Assembly (NCBI GenBank): GCA_964586695.1
Contig: CAZPGQ010000002.1
Span: 6,337 to 70,336 of the forward strand
From: an uncultured Candidatus Saccharibacteria bacterium
Lineage (GTDB): Bacteria; Patescibacteriota; Minisyncoccia; Phycocordibacterales; DATDWN01
Length of the DNA stretch: 64,000 bases
Direction of reading: 5' to 3'
The translations under genes and the position numbers were made by a program. Every line of letters begins with the position of its first letter. Position 1 is the first letter of the stretch. This document shows positions 31,238-41,062 of the stretch, piece after piece. The notes under the pieces were generated by a model. The model made no database searches. It was not told the origin of the DNA and was given only the letters and a program-made list of their open reading frames with translations.

Positions 31238-32350
31238 TTAATCTAACTCTTGTAACTTTCTCAACGCAATACCGACAGCAACAGCAAATTCTGGACCGGT
31301 TTCTTTTAATACTTTTTCTAAAAATGCTGGGGCAACTACTTTTGAAAATGGGTCTCCAGCAACAACTTCTGTCTGAAAAATATTTTTTGCAACATCAACA
31401 ACCCCTTTTAATGCACTACCTCCGCCAACAAGCATAACTTTACTTACGTTTTTGTTGTATTTTTTTTGATAAGCCATAACAACGTGACTTGCTTCAGAAA
31501 AAATATAATTAAGCGTAAAAGAAGCGACATCTTTGAGAGCTATACCGTTAATATCCCCTAAAAGTCCCTTCTCTCTCTTTAAATACTCTGCATCTTCGAT
31601 TGAAATTCCTATGGATTTTGAAAGTTCATCAGTTATATTGTGAGATCCCCTATCTATCATATGCGAAGATCTAAGTACACCTTTCTCAACAATGTATAAT
31701 TTTGTTGTAGATGCCCCCATATCAATTATCATTACTGGAGAGACTTCTTCGTCCAAAACCGAACGCATTGTACTAAAAATCTCTATCTCAAAAAACCCAG
31801 CAATAAGTCCAGTTTTTGTAACTATATCTTTGTATCGATTGATTGTGTCATTATGTAAAGCAACTATTAAAACCTCCATTTTCTGCATTGTTTCCCCTTC
31901 ATTCTCAACAGGTATTGGATCTATATTTTTTTCCTTTGGTACTACATACCAATCCAAAGTTACCTCTGAAATTGGAACTGGAATGTATTTTCTAGCTTCT
32001 ATTGGAACCATTTGCTCTAGCTGTTTTTTATCAACAACTGGCATATCTATCACGGTCATCAAGCTTGATGAAAACTGAATTGCAACACCGCAATCTCTTG
32101 TTGTAATATTGACCTCCTTCTCCTTTAAAATATCATTTACAGCTTCTATGATCTTTTCCGTCGAAAGATTTGTTGACTCTCCCACTCCCTTGCCAGAATA
32201 AGGTCCTAGAGCAAGTTCACCGTAAGTTTCTAGAACGGCATGACCATTCCTTTTACTTATTTGAACTATTTTTATTGAAGAGGAGCCTATATCTACACCA
32301 AGAACGCTGGCGCTTTGTTTATTAAATAGTTTTGTAAAGAAATTAGCCAT
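31238..32350 (-). CDS. pilM: Type IV pilus assembly ATPase-like actin-fold protein
   Basis: 370 aa. N-terminal VLGVDIGSSSIKIVQI actin-like phosphate-1 motif. Confidence 0.75.
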   Translation of the reverse strand: MANFFTKLFNKQSASVLGVDIGSSSIKIVQISKRNGHAVLETYGELALGPYSGKGVGESTNLSTEKIIEAVNDILKEKEVNITTRDCGVAIQFSSSLMTVIDMPVVDKKQLEQMVPIEARKYIPVPISEVTLDWYVVPKEKNIDPIPVENEGETMQKMEVLIVALHNDTINRYKDIVTKTGLIAGFFEIEIFSTMRSVLDEEVSPVMIIDMGASTTKLYIVEKGVLRSSHMIDRGSHNITDELSKSIGISIEDAEYLKREKGLLGDINGIALKDVASFTLNYIFSEASHVVMAYQKKYNKNVSKVMLVGGGSALKGVVDVAKNIFQTEVVAGDPFSKVVAPAFLEKVLKETGPEFAVAVGIALRKLQELD

Positions 32351-32403
32351 AGAGAATTTTGTTCCTATTCAAGTTAGTATAACACATTTATTGGCTGTAT
32401 AAT

Positions 32404-33066
32404 ATGTATATGTTGAAAAATATACAAAATATAATGGATTTTGTATTAGACAGCATACTTCCTCCTAGGAAAGATTTTGATATTGTTAAGAGACTTAATC
32501 CAGAAAAAATTTACAAATTACCAAAACCTGAAAAAGTTGTTGGTGAAGATTGGATTCACCCATTATTTCAATATAAGGATAAAAGAGTCAAAGCTATAGT
32601 ATGGGAATTAAAATACAGAGAAAACACTCTTCCAATCGATACAATAGGCAAAATACTATATGAAGAGATAATATCAACTATTTCGGATATATTTATCTTT
32701 GACAATGATGCCAGTTTTGTCTTAATACCAGTTCCAATAACAAAGTACAGAAGAATTGAGAGGGGTTATAATCAAAGTGAAATAATAGCAAAATCAATAA
32801 TACAATATGATCTAAACCACATTCTATTATATGCTCCACAGTGGTTAGAAAAAACAATAGACACTCCAAGACAAAGCCGTAGCGAGACAAAATATGACAG
32901 AGTGATGAATCTTCTGGATTCATTTAAGGCAAACCATATGGTTAAGGGGAAATATGTAATATTAGTTGATGACGTAGTAACAACTGCCAGTACTTTAAAA
33001 GAAGCTCGTAAAGAGCTTCTTTTAAATGGATCTAAGCAAGTTTTAGCTTTTACAATAGCGCACTAA
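32404..33066 (+). CDS. comF: ComF-family phosphoribosyltransferase-domain protein (competence protein F-like, lacks N-terminal zinc finger)
   Basis: C-terminal PRTase motif KYVILVDDVVTTASTL. Divergent from the pilus operon. Confidence 0.65.
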   Translation: MYMLKNIQNIMDFVLDSILPPRKDFDIVKRLNPEKIYKLPKPEKVVGEDWIHPLFQYKDKRVKAIVWELKYRENTLPIDTIGKILYEEIISTISDIFIFDNDASFVLIPVPITKYRRIERGYNQSEIIAKSIIQYDLNHILLYAPQWLEKTIDTPRQSRSETKYDRVMNLLDSFKANHMVKGKYVILVDDVVTTASTLKEARKELLLNGSKQVLAFTIAH

Positions 33067-33070
33067 ATAT

Positions 33071-36000
33071 TCACTTGAAAGTCTTATCAAGGAAGTTTTT
33101 TATCTTTCCAACAACACTAGTTGAGCTTTTTCCAGTAGAAGACTGATTTGAATCAACAGTGGATGGTATTGCTTCTGTTGTCTTTTGTACAGAGATTGAG
33201 TTAACAATATTAACTGTAGCTGATTTGGACACAGGTTTCATATTTGCACCTCTACAAGTTATCACATAAGTAGAAGTTCTAGCAGGAGAAACTACTTGGG
33301 ATCCTGATAAATTCTTGCTACCAGCCCAACTACCAGAAGCCGTACAAGAAGTATATGACTTTGATGACCACTTAATAGTTGATGATCCTCCAAGTGTAAT
33401 GGACGAAGGTGATGCAGTGATCGTAACCAATTGAGATGAAGGTTCTACTTTGTTTACTGTTGTGGGTTTAACAGTAGTTGCTCCAGTTGATGACGTTGAT
33501 GATAATGTAGTAAATGAAAGAGTGTTTTCTCCTGACAAAACCCTTAGATTACCAGATGCATCAACAGCTTTTATCTTAAACATGTATGTAGTTTTTGGAT
33601 TTAAGTTAACAACAGTCATTGAGTGAACAGTTGATAACTCTGAATTTAGTCCTGTAATACAACCTGTAGATGGACAATTTCCAACAAACTCTATCTGACC
33701 AGTGGTTGGTTCATTTGTCTTCCAATATATTTTAACAGAATTCTTTGTAATACTTGTCTTAGCTACATTTGTTATAGTTGGAGCGACTGTATCAGTAGGT
33801 GAAGCTGTAGTTGTTTGTCCTGAACTTGTAACATTAACTGTTACAGAAGAAACGTACGTGACCAAACCATCACCGAAACATATCATTGTATATTTTGTTG
33901 TTTCTTTAGGAGAAACTATCTCTGAACCAGAAGTGTTAGTACTTGTTGTCCATGCAGTTGCCTTACAACCAGTGTATGCCGTAGAAGTCCATGAAATAGT
34001 AGATGATTCACCAGCTTTTATGGAAGTTGGAGAAGCTGAGATAGATAATGAAGGAAATACGTTGTTGGAACCTGTTCCTCCGGTACTTCCTCCAGTAGTT
34101 GTGCCTCCACCAGTTGTTCCAGTGCCTCCTGTTGTTCCACCAGTAGTACCACCAGTACTTCCCCCTGTATTACCTGTCGTTCCAGTTCCTGTGCCACCTG
34201 TATTTCCTCCAGTGTTTCCACCAGTTGTATTAGCAGGAGTAACATTTATAGAAGCAGACTGAACAGAAGACGCACCACCAGACCCACTACAAGATATTGA
34301 GTAGACTGAATCACTTGTTGGATTAACTGTAACTGTTCCAGATGTTCCCTTTGTGCCTGACCATGCCCCACTTGCTGTACAAGTAGTTGCATTGTTTGAT
34401 GACCAAGTAATAGTAGAAGGATCTCCAGAAACCACCACAGATGGTGAAGCGGATATGCTTGCTGTAGATATAAGCGCTGCTGTAACACTAACCGTTGCAG
34501 ACTGAGAAACTAAAGTTGTATTTGCTCCACTACATGCAAGTGTGTATGTTGTATTAGCTGTCGGACTTATAGAAACTGAACCAGATGTTCCCTTTACTCC
34601 AGTCCAACCTCCACTAGCTGTACAAGTTGTTGCGTTAGTTGTTGACCAATTTAACGATACAGGACTACCTACAGTGACAGATGAAGGTGAGGCAGAGATT
34701 GTAACTGTTGCAAGAGGACTCAGAGTAGTGACATTGATTGTGACTGACTTAGAAATTGATGTTTGACCAGTTCCACTACATGTAAGTGTGTATGTAGAGT
34801 TTGCTGTTGGGCTTACAGATACAGAACCAGATGTTCCTTTTGTACCTGACCATGCTCCGCTTGCTGTACAAGTAGTAAATACGGTTGATGACCAAGTGAG
34901 AGTTGATGAATTACCTGAGTTTATGTTTGTAGGTGAAGCAGAAATACTTACGGTTGGAGTTGGAACAACAGGAGGAATAACTGTAACTGTAACTGATTTT
35001 GAAACCGCTGTAACATTTGCTCCGCTACATGTAAGAGTGTAAGTAGAATCAGTTGTTGGACTCACTGATACAGAACCTGATGTTCCCTTTGTACCCGACC
35101 ACGCTCCTGATGCAGTACATGTTGTGGCGTTTGCTGTTGACCAAGTGAGAGTTGATGAATTACCAGAGTTTATGTTTGTGGGTGATGCTGAAATATTAAC
35201 TGTAGCTAAAGGTGGAGCTGTAACTACAATTGTTGCCGATTTAGAAATTGGAGTCGCATTCGCTCCACTACATGTAAGTGTATATGTAGAGTTTGCTGTT
35301 GGGCTTACAGATACAGAACCAGATGTTCCCTTTGTCCCTGACCATGCTCCACTTGCTGTACAAGTTGTTGCATTGGTTGATGACCAAGTAAGTGTAGATG
35401 AATTACCAGAAACAATTGTTGCTGGAGAAGTAGAAATACTAACAGTTGCTGGAGGAGGAGTAGAAACGTTGATAGTTGTAGACTGAGAAACACCAGTTGT
35501 ATTTGCGCCACTACATGTAAGTGTATATGTAGAGTTTGCTGTTGGGCTTACAGATACAGAACCAGATGTCCCCTTTGTTCCAGACCACGCTCCACTTGCT
35601 GTACAAGTTGTTGCATTGGTTGTTGACCAAGTAAGCGTTGATGAATTACCAGAGTTTATACTTGCTGGTGAAGCAGAAATGTTAACTGTTGCTAGAGGTG
35701 AAGTAATCAAGCTAATTTTTATATTCTGCGAAGCTGAAACTCCCCCAGAACCAACACAAGTCAATGTATATGAAGCTTGAGCATCCGGAGGTGTAACACT
35801 TTGACTACCAGAAGTTCCCTTTGTTCCTGTCCAATCGCCAGAAGCCGTACAAGATACCGCATTCGTTGTTGACCAAGTAATAGTTGATGAACTTCCAGCT
35901 ACAACTGAAGTTGGAGAGGCAGACATAGATATTGTTGGTGCTGAACCAGTACCAACAGAAACAGTAACTGACTGTGATGCAGAATTTATATTTGTTCCAT

Positions 36001-38647
36001 TACAAGTCAATGTATAAGTAGTGTTTGCTGTTGGGTTAACTGTTGCTGTTCCAGATGTAGCCTTTGTTCCAGTCCATCCTCCACTTGCTGTACAAGTTGT
36101 TGCTATAGTTGAAGACCAAGTGATTGTTGCAGAGCCACCAGATGAAACTGAGGTTGGAGAAACAGACATAGAAACCGTAGCTGTTTGATTTGTAGAAACT
36201 ATTGGACCCCCAACAAGACCTGTAGGTTTAACTATAGGTGTGAGTGGTGCAGTAGAAATAGAAGTATATGGACATGTTATTCCATTGATTTCTGGACGAG
36301 AAGTCGTGTCTGAACAAGTTGCTGGTGTTCCAGCAACAGCATAACCATATTGAGCAAAACTTTGGGTATTGGTTAGCCCAGCTACAGGAGTAGATAGAAG
36401 AGAAATACAGTTTGGTCCATATTGAAGCGAATAGTAACCCTGCGGAACTATAGCATTTGCATCTGCCTCTTTGTAGAACACTCTGAAGTTATTCCCTGCT
36501 ACTTGATTATAGTCTGTAACAAATAATTCATCCTTTTGAATAACGCTTCTTACTGGATTTGCGGAAAATACCATACTAATGTTTTTTGTAGCTGGACCAG
36601 ATGCATCAAATTTTACATTTTTTACTAGAGTCAGTCTTGGTAGGTTATATATCGCACTACAAGAAGATGTCCACATCGTACCGTAATATATATTATTGGT
36701 ATAGTTTCTAAGATATGTATTCTCTATTATTTGTGTACCTTGCACATCTGTACTTGGTGATATTCCAACGTTCATACCCTGAATATCAGAATTCTTAATT
36801 GTTATATTGTTTCCATAATAATCACCACCATTGTAACCAAGCCCACAACAAGAAGCCTGATTAGGTGGTATATTTCCGCCTCTTATTACCAAACCATCAA
36901 AAGTTACGTTGTAGCTTGGGTACTGCCAAATACCATTGTCGGAAACATGCCAAATCTTAAGATCTTTAATGAGATTTACCCCTGATGCTCTTGGTGTTCG
37001 ATATTCAGCACCCAACCACCAGAATGTAAATCCAACCGTTCCGGCACCATATATTTCGTTATTTGAGTCCTCTGGAATAACAATAGAGTTACCTTGAACT
37101 ACAGTATACTGGCCTGCAACAGTAGTATCTGCACCCTTGTACTTTGGTATTTTTACATTACCTAAATATTCATGCCAGTATGCAATCCCCCATGATCTAA
37201 AATTTGCAACAACATTGTTTCGCAAAATGTTGTTTGGTCCTCTAAGCCATATTCCTCCTCCTTCGAAACCAAATTCTGTGCCTCTTTCATTACCTCTTCC
37301 TCCAGCTCCGTCAGTTCTAACAACAAAGTTATGATCAAAGACATTCATTGTTTCATTTCCATCCTCTGTCATAATTCCAGCACCAGGATAGTTGTATACA
37401 ACATTGTCCTGTATCAATCCAAAGTGACTATCGTGAATAGTAATACCCCACTTAAACTTGTGGACAGTTGAACCTCCATCTACAGCATTTCCAATCAGTG
37501 TGAACTGATAGCCATTTGAAGGAGTGGTCATTGGACCCATATTGTGGTGCATATGCAGAGGATATCTACCCTTTTGGTTTGTACCGATAGCTACAGGATC
37601 ATATGTTGTACGTCCCATATCCTTGAATGTTGCGTAACGTATATCTGTGTCTGACATATGCATCATCGCCATATGACCTCGTGTGCCAGTAGGATTAGCA
37701 GAGCTAAATGTTATATTTCTAGTTAAGTTTCCTACGTGTGGCAAGAAAGTGATGCTTCCAGCAACATCCCTAGCACCTTTATGGTTATAAGCAAGGGCTC
37801 GATCTAGAGTAATTGTTGAACCAGATATACCCTGTATTGTAAATTCTTCCCATTGAGGTACCTTTGGATAAAATCTACTATCAACATCAGCCTGTCTGTA
37901 GTGTCTTGTATCTGGGATAAAAATTCTGTCCCCAACTTGCCATCCAGTTGGAGCCTGTGCCAAAGAAATAGTACTTTGTCCTGCCATTGGCTCTGATGCA
38001 ACTTTTACAAAAGTTGGATTCTTTGTTGAACCAGCAATTCTAACCTTTCCAAGAGATAGAAAACCTGTTCCCCATTGTTCAGGATCAAGATTTGTATCTA
38101 TTGCAGTGTTAGCGATAACAACCTCTGCTGTAACAGATGGATTAACAGGTGTAGAAACAGTACCTATTTCTAGATAACCGTTAGACATAACCTGTAAGTT
38201 TGTAACTGTAAGTTTTGTATTTATATCTGTTCGGAACTTTAGAGTACCATTTATGGATACAGTGTAAGCTGTACCAGAAGTAGAATCATATGTAATAGTC
38301 TGACCAGTAGGAATAACCACAATATCAGCAGAAGTTGGAAGAACACCCCCAGACCACACTGTCGGATCAGACCAAACACCGGATTTCAAAGATGTAACTT
38401 GTGGTTTTGTAAAATCTTGCGCAAAGTCAGGGATATGATCACCACTCATAACCAAAGCATTAGGCAAAGCAGCTGCATATGCAGTGGAAATATATGTAGT
38501 ATAAATCGCTGAAGTAAGAGAGAAAGTAGTAATGAGTGCTATAGCAACAAACCCGGCCCAGTGAACATGATGATGATAATCTTTTTCATGCCAATTCTTA
38601 TAAAAATCACTGTTGTCAGTGAACCACGAATGTATTGTATTGATCAT
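33071..38647 (-). CDS. Giant (1858 aa) cell-surface protein: N-terminal TM/signal anchor, right-handed parallel beta-helix (pectate-lyase-like) region, Gly/Thr-rich linker, about 10 tandem 85-aa Ig-like repeats with conserved Cys pair, FN3-like domains
   Basis: Repeat unit ...TLTWSSTNATTCTASGAWSGTKGTSGSVSVSPTANSTYTLTCSGAN... is near-identical at DNA level across 34.2-35.7 kb. Beta-helix signatures NVVANFRSWGIAYW and HMSDTDIRYATFKDMGRT. Confidence 0.8.
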   Translation of the reverse strand: MINTIHSWFTDNSDFYKNWHEKDYHHHVHWAGFVAIALITTFSLTSAIYTTYISTAYAAALPNALVMSGDHIPDFAQDFTKPQVTSLKSGVWSDPTVWSGGVLPTSADIVVIPTGQTITYDSTSGTAYTVSINGTLKFRTDINTKLTVTNLQVMSNGYLEIGTVSTPVNPSVTAEVVIANTAIDTNLDPEQWGTGFLSLGKVRIAGSTKNPTFVKVASEPMAGQSTISLAQAPTGWQVGDRIFIPDTRHYRQADVDSRFYPKVPQWEEFTIQGISGSTITLDRALAYNHKGARDVAGSITFLPHVGNLTRNITFSSANPTGTRGHMAMMHMSDTDIRYATFKDMGRTTYDPVAIGTNQKGRYPLHMHHNMGPMTTPSNGYQFTLIGNAVDGGSTVHKFKWGITIHDSHFGLIQDNVVYNYPGAGIMTEDGNETMNVFDHNFVVRTDGAGGRGNERGTEFGFEGGGIWLRGPNNILRNNVVANFRSWGIAYWHEYLGNVKIPKYKGADTTVAGQYTVVQGNSIVIPEDSNNEIYGAGTVGFTFWWLGAEYRTPRASGVNLIKDLKIWHVSDNGIWQYPSYNVTFDGLVIRGGNIPPNQASCCGLGYNGGDYYGNNITIKNSDIQGMNVGISPSTDVQGTQIIENTYLRNYTNNIYYGTMWTSSCSAIYNLPRLTLVKNVKFDASGPATKNISMVFSANPVRSVIQKDELFVTDYNQVAGNNFRVFYKEADANAIVPQGYYSLQYGPNCISLLSTPVAGLTNTQSFAQYGYAVAGTPATCSDTTSRPEINGITCPYTSISTAPLTPIVKPTGLVGGPIVSTNQTATVSMSVSPTSVSSGGSATITWSSTIATTCTASGGWTGTKATSGTATVNPTANTTYTLTCNGTNINSASQSVTVSVGTGSAPTISMSASPTSVVAGSSSTITWSTTNAVSCTASGDWTGTKGTSGSQSVTPPDAQASYTLTCVGSGGVSASQNIKISLITSPLATVNISASPASINSGNSSTLTWSTTNATTCTASGAWSGTKGTSGSVSVSPTANSTYTLTCSGANTTGVSQSTTINVSTPPPATVSISTSPATIVSGNSSTLTWSSTNATTCTASGAWSGTKGTSGSVSVSPTANSTYTLTCSGANATPISKSATIVVTAPPLATVNISASPTNINSGNSSTLTWSTANATTCTASGAWSGTKGTSGSVSVSPTTDSTYTLTCSGANVTAVSKSVTVTVIPPVVPTPTVSISASPTNINSGNSSTLTWSSTVFTTCTASGAWSGTKGTSGSVSVSPTANSTYTLTCSGTGQTSISKSVTINVTTLSPLATVTISASPSSVTVGSPVSLNWSTTNATTCTASGGWTGVKGTSGSVSISPTANTTYTLACSGANTTLVSQSATVSVTAALISTASISASPSVVVSGDPSTITWSSNNATTCTASGAWSGTKGTSGTVTVNPTSDSVYSISCSGSGGASSVQSASINVTPANTTGGNTGGNTGGTGTGTTGNTGGSTGGTTGGTTGGTGTTGGGTTTGGSTGGTGSNNVFPSLSISASPTSIKAGESSTISWTSTAYTGCKATAWTTSTNTSGSEIVSPKETTKYTMICFGDGLVTYVSSVTVNVTSSGQTTTASPTDTVAPTITNVAKTSITKNSVKIYWKTNEPTTGQIEFVGNCPSTGCITGLNSELSTVHSMTVVNLNPKTTYMFKIKAVDASGNLRVLSGENTLSFTTLSSTSSTGATTVKPTTVNKVEPSSQLVTITASPSSITLGGSSTIKWSSKSYTSCTASGSWAGSKNLSGSQVVSPARTSTYVITCRGANMKPVSKSATVNIVNSISVQKTTEAIPSTVDSNQSSTGKSSTSVVGKIKNFLDKTFK

Positions 38648-38737
38648 ATGCTCAACATTATCTCACTCAGAGAAATAAAAGTCTATGAAATATGAGAACT
38701 TATCCACAAAACATTCGGCATATTTAAAATTCCAATG

Positions 38738-38826
38738 CGGAGACGGACGGATTCGAACCGTCGGTGCCGTTTAAAGGGCACACCTCTTTAGCAAAGAGGC
38801 ACGTTAGACCACTCTGACACGTCTCC
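38738..38826 (-). tRNA. tRNA-Ser (anticodon GCU), class II
   Basis: Acceptor ggagacg/cgtctcc, anticodon stem cctct/agagg, loop ttGCTaa, long variable arm, T arm ttcgaat. Confidence 0.75.
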
Positions 38827-38891
38827 AATATAGTGCAGATTATCACAAATAGGCATTTTTTAAAATGTTGTGATATATTTACTTTTATCTT

Positions 38892-38978
38892 GGAGAGATG
38901 GATGAGTGGCTTAAATCAACGGTTTACTAAACCGTCATCCCTTAATTGGGATCGCGAGTTCGAATCTCGCTCTCTCCG
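38892..38978 (+). tRNA. Class II (Ser-type) tRNA whose anticodon reads ACU as drawn (unusual A34). Needs tRNAscan-SE verification.
   Basis: Acceptor ggagaga/tctctcc, D stem gat/atc, anticodon stem acggt/accgt, loop ttACTaa, variable stem atccc/gggat, T arm gcgag-ttcgaat-ctcgc. Confidence 0.6.
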
Positions 38979-39125
38979 CAAGTAAAAATTACTTGTAATT
39001 TTTATCGAAGGAGAGGAGGACTAGCTTTTTGTATTCAAAAAGCGTTAGTCGATTCGAAAAGGTTCTTTAGATATTTTTAGAGCTTGCGAATAAAAATATC
39101 AAAAACCTGCACTGAAACTGTAAGT

Positions 39126-39147
39126 TTCGAATCTCGCTCTCTCCGCA
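39126..39147 (+). repeat. Direct repeat of the 3'-terminal 22 nt of the tRNA at 38892-38978, located about 145 bp downstream
   Basis: ttcgaatctcgctctctccgca occurs at 38959-38980 and again at 39126-39147. Confidence 0.7.
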
Positions 39148-39197
39148 GGAGAAATTTATTATGATAAAATAATGCCATTATTATTATCATAAATAAA

Positions 39198-39467
39198 ATG
39201 TTCAAAATCATAGGAGATATTTTTATTCCCCACCCCTATCTTGCACTAATACCAGCTATTATTTTTGGTTTTATATATTTTAAAAATAAGCAATCAGCAC
39301 TCCTTTGGCCAATTTCACTTTGGACACTGTATGCAATATACGAGGAGCTAAATTTACTCAGAATCACTTGTTCTGGGGAATGTAATATAAGAATAGATTT
39401 GTTTTTGATCTACCCTATTCTTGCAGTTGTATCTATCTGGGGAATTATAAAAAGTTTTAACAAATAA
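39198..39467 (+). CDS. Small (89 aa) three-helix membrane protein, function unknown
   Basis: Hydrophobic ORF followed by GC hairpin terminator ggcgcggg...ccgcgccc (39476-39500). Confidence 0.4.
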   Translation: MFKIIGDIFIPHPYLALIPAIIFGFIYFKNKQSALLWPISLWTLYAIYEELNLLRITCSGECNIRIDLFLIYPILAVVSIWGIIKSFNK

Positions 39468-39788
39468 ACGAAAGGGCGCGGGTAAATTCACCGCGCCCAC
39501 CGTATCAATCAACTTCCCGACATCTTTTGGGAATTTTGCTGATATCCTCGATCCTCTGCTTCCTCTCCCGCATCTGCTTGTCTGTTTCACCCGGGGCCCT
39601 TTCTGGCGGAGGAGCAGACTCTTCAGAATCTCGATTGGTTAGAATTTCCAAGATGAGCTCCTCTCAAGGTTTCGGTCCGGCACAATCCGCATTTAATTAT
39701 ACCACCATACCAAACTACGTCAATAGATACCAAAATAGTAATAAATGTGGATAATATTTGTAGTATAATGTTCTCCTAACCTAACCAA

Positions 39789-40946
39789 ATGAACTACTAC
39801 AAAAAATCACTGGATCTACACAAAAAACTTAAAGGCAAACTAGAAGTTATTTCAAAAACAAAAATAAAAAACAAAGATGACCTTTCGACTGTATACACTC
39901 CGGGTGTAGCAGAAGTATCCAGAACTCTCTCAAAAAACCCTGCTCTCGCCAGAACTTACTCAATGAAAGCAAACTCTGTCGCTGTTATATCTGACGGCTC
40001 TGCAGTACTTGGTCTTGGGAATATTGGCCCATATGGGGCGCTACCGGTAATGGAAGGCAAGGCGGTTTTGTTCAAAGAATTTGCTGGAGTGGATGCCTAC
40101 CCTATTTGTCTTGATACACAAGACACAGAAGAAATAATAAAAACAATAAAAAACATTGCCCCAGGTTTCGGAGGAATAAATCTGGAAGATATTTCTGCAC
40201 CAAGATGTTTTGAAATTGAAGAAAGACTAAAAAAAGAACTAGATATCCCTGTCATGCACGATGACCAACATGGAACAGCTATTGTGGTTCTTGCTTCTCT
40301 TATTAACGCCCTAAAGATAGTTAAGAAAGAAAAAACCAAAGTCAGAGTTGTTATAAACGGCGCTGGCTCTGCAGCAATAGCGATAGCCAAACTTCTTATG
40401 GAATACGGTTTTAATGGTCACAATATGATCATGGTAGACAGTGTGGGAATAATCTACCGTGGTCGCGAAGGCATGAACCCTCACAAATCCTTTATCGCAG
40501 AAAAAACAAACTTAAAAAAAGTATCCGGATTACTTGAACATGCGTTGGTGGGTGCAGATATTTTTATTGGAGTTTCTGTTGCTGATTCTCTAAAACCAGA
40601 ATGGGTAGAAACAATGTCAGAAGATCCTATTGTCATCGCGCTAGCAAACCCTAATCCAGAAATAAGTATGGAAAAAGCCAAAAAAACAAAGATCAAAGTT
40701 TTTGGGACTGGTCGTTCCGACTACCCTAACCAAATAAACAACGTTCTGGTTTTTCCTGGTATCTTTCGGGGAGTCTTAGACAGTGGAGCAAAACAGATAA
40801 CTGAAAAAATGAAGCTGGCTTCGGCAGAGGCTATAGCGAAACTAGTCTCAAAAAAAGAGCTATCTGCTTCTTATATAATCCCAAATCCTTTTGATAAAAG
40901 AGTAGCAAAAGCTGTTGCAAATGCAGTTAAAAAGGTTTCCAAGTAA
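39789..40946 (+). CDS. maeA: NAD(P)-dependent malic enzyme (short form)
   Basis: 385 aa. VYTPGVA...[12 protein letters not shown]...[10 protein letters not shown] motifs of the malic enzyme N-terminal and NAD-binding domains. Confidence 0.8.
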   Translation: MNYYKKSLDLHKKLKGKLEVISKTKIKNKDDLSTVYTPGVAEVSRTLSKNPALARTYSMKANSVAVISDGSAVLGLGNIGPYGALPVMEGKAVLFKEFAGVDAYPICLDTQDTEEIIKTIKNIAPGFGGINLEDISAPRCFEIEERLKKELDIPVMHDDQHGTAIVVLASLINALKIVKKEKTKVRVVINGAGSAAIAIAKLLMEYGFNGHNMIMVDSVGIIYRGREGMNPHKSFIAEKTNLKKVSGLLEHALVGADIFIGVSVADSLKPEWVETMSEDPIVIALANPNPEISMEKAKKTKIKVFGTGRSDYPNQINNVLVFPGIFRGVLDSGAKQITEKMKLASAEAIAKLVSKKELSASYIIPNPFDKRVAKAVANAVKKVSK

Positions 40947-41062
40947 ATAAGGACGGGTGTTTTAATTTATGTTCTAATGTTACAATCTTGAAAGGAAGAT
41001 GCGGGTTTATCGTCTTCATGAAAGTACGGTTATTGCCGTCATTTATAATTTAAAATTTACCA

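Noticed and set aside
33702-35511. Plus-strand ORFs inside the 1858-aa gene (33702-34262, 34542-34766, 34788-35042, 35124-35486) and short minus ORFs (34018-34488, 35305-35511)
   Set aside because: Antisense or alternate frames of near-identical tandem coding repeats. No independent start or RBS context.
34260-35700. Regularly spaced near-identical about 255-bp repeats that could be mistaken for a CRISPR array
   Set aside because: Repeat unit is far too long, there are no unique spacers, and the repeats are in-frame coding Ig-like domains of a single ORF.
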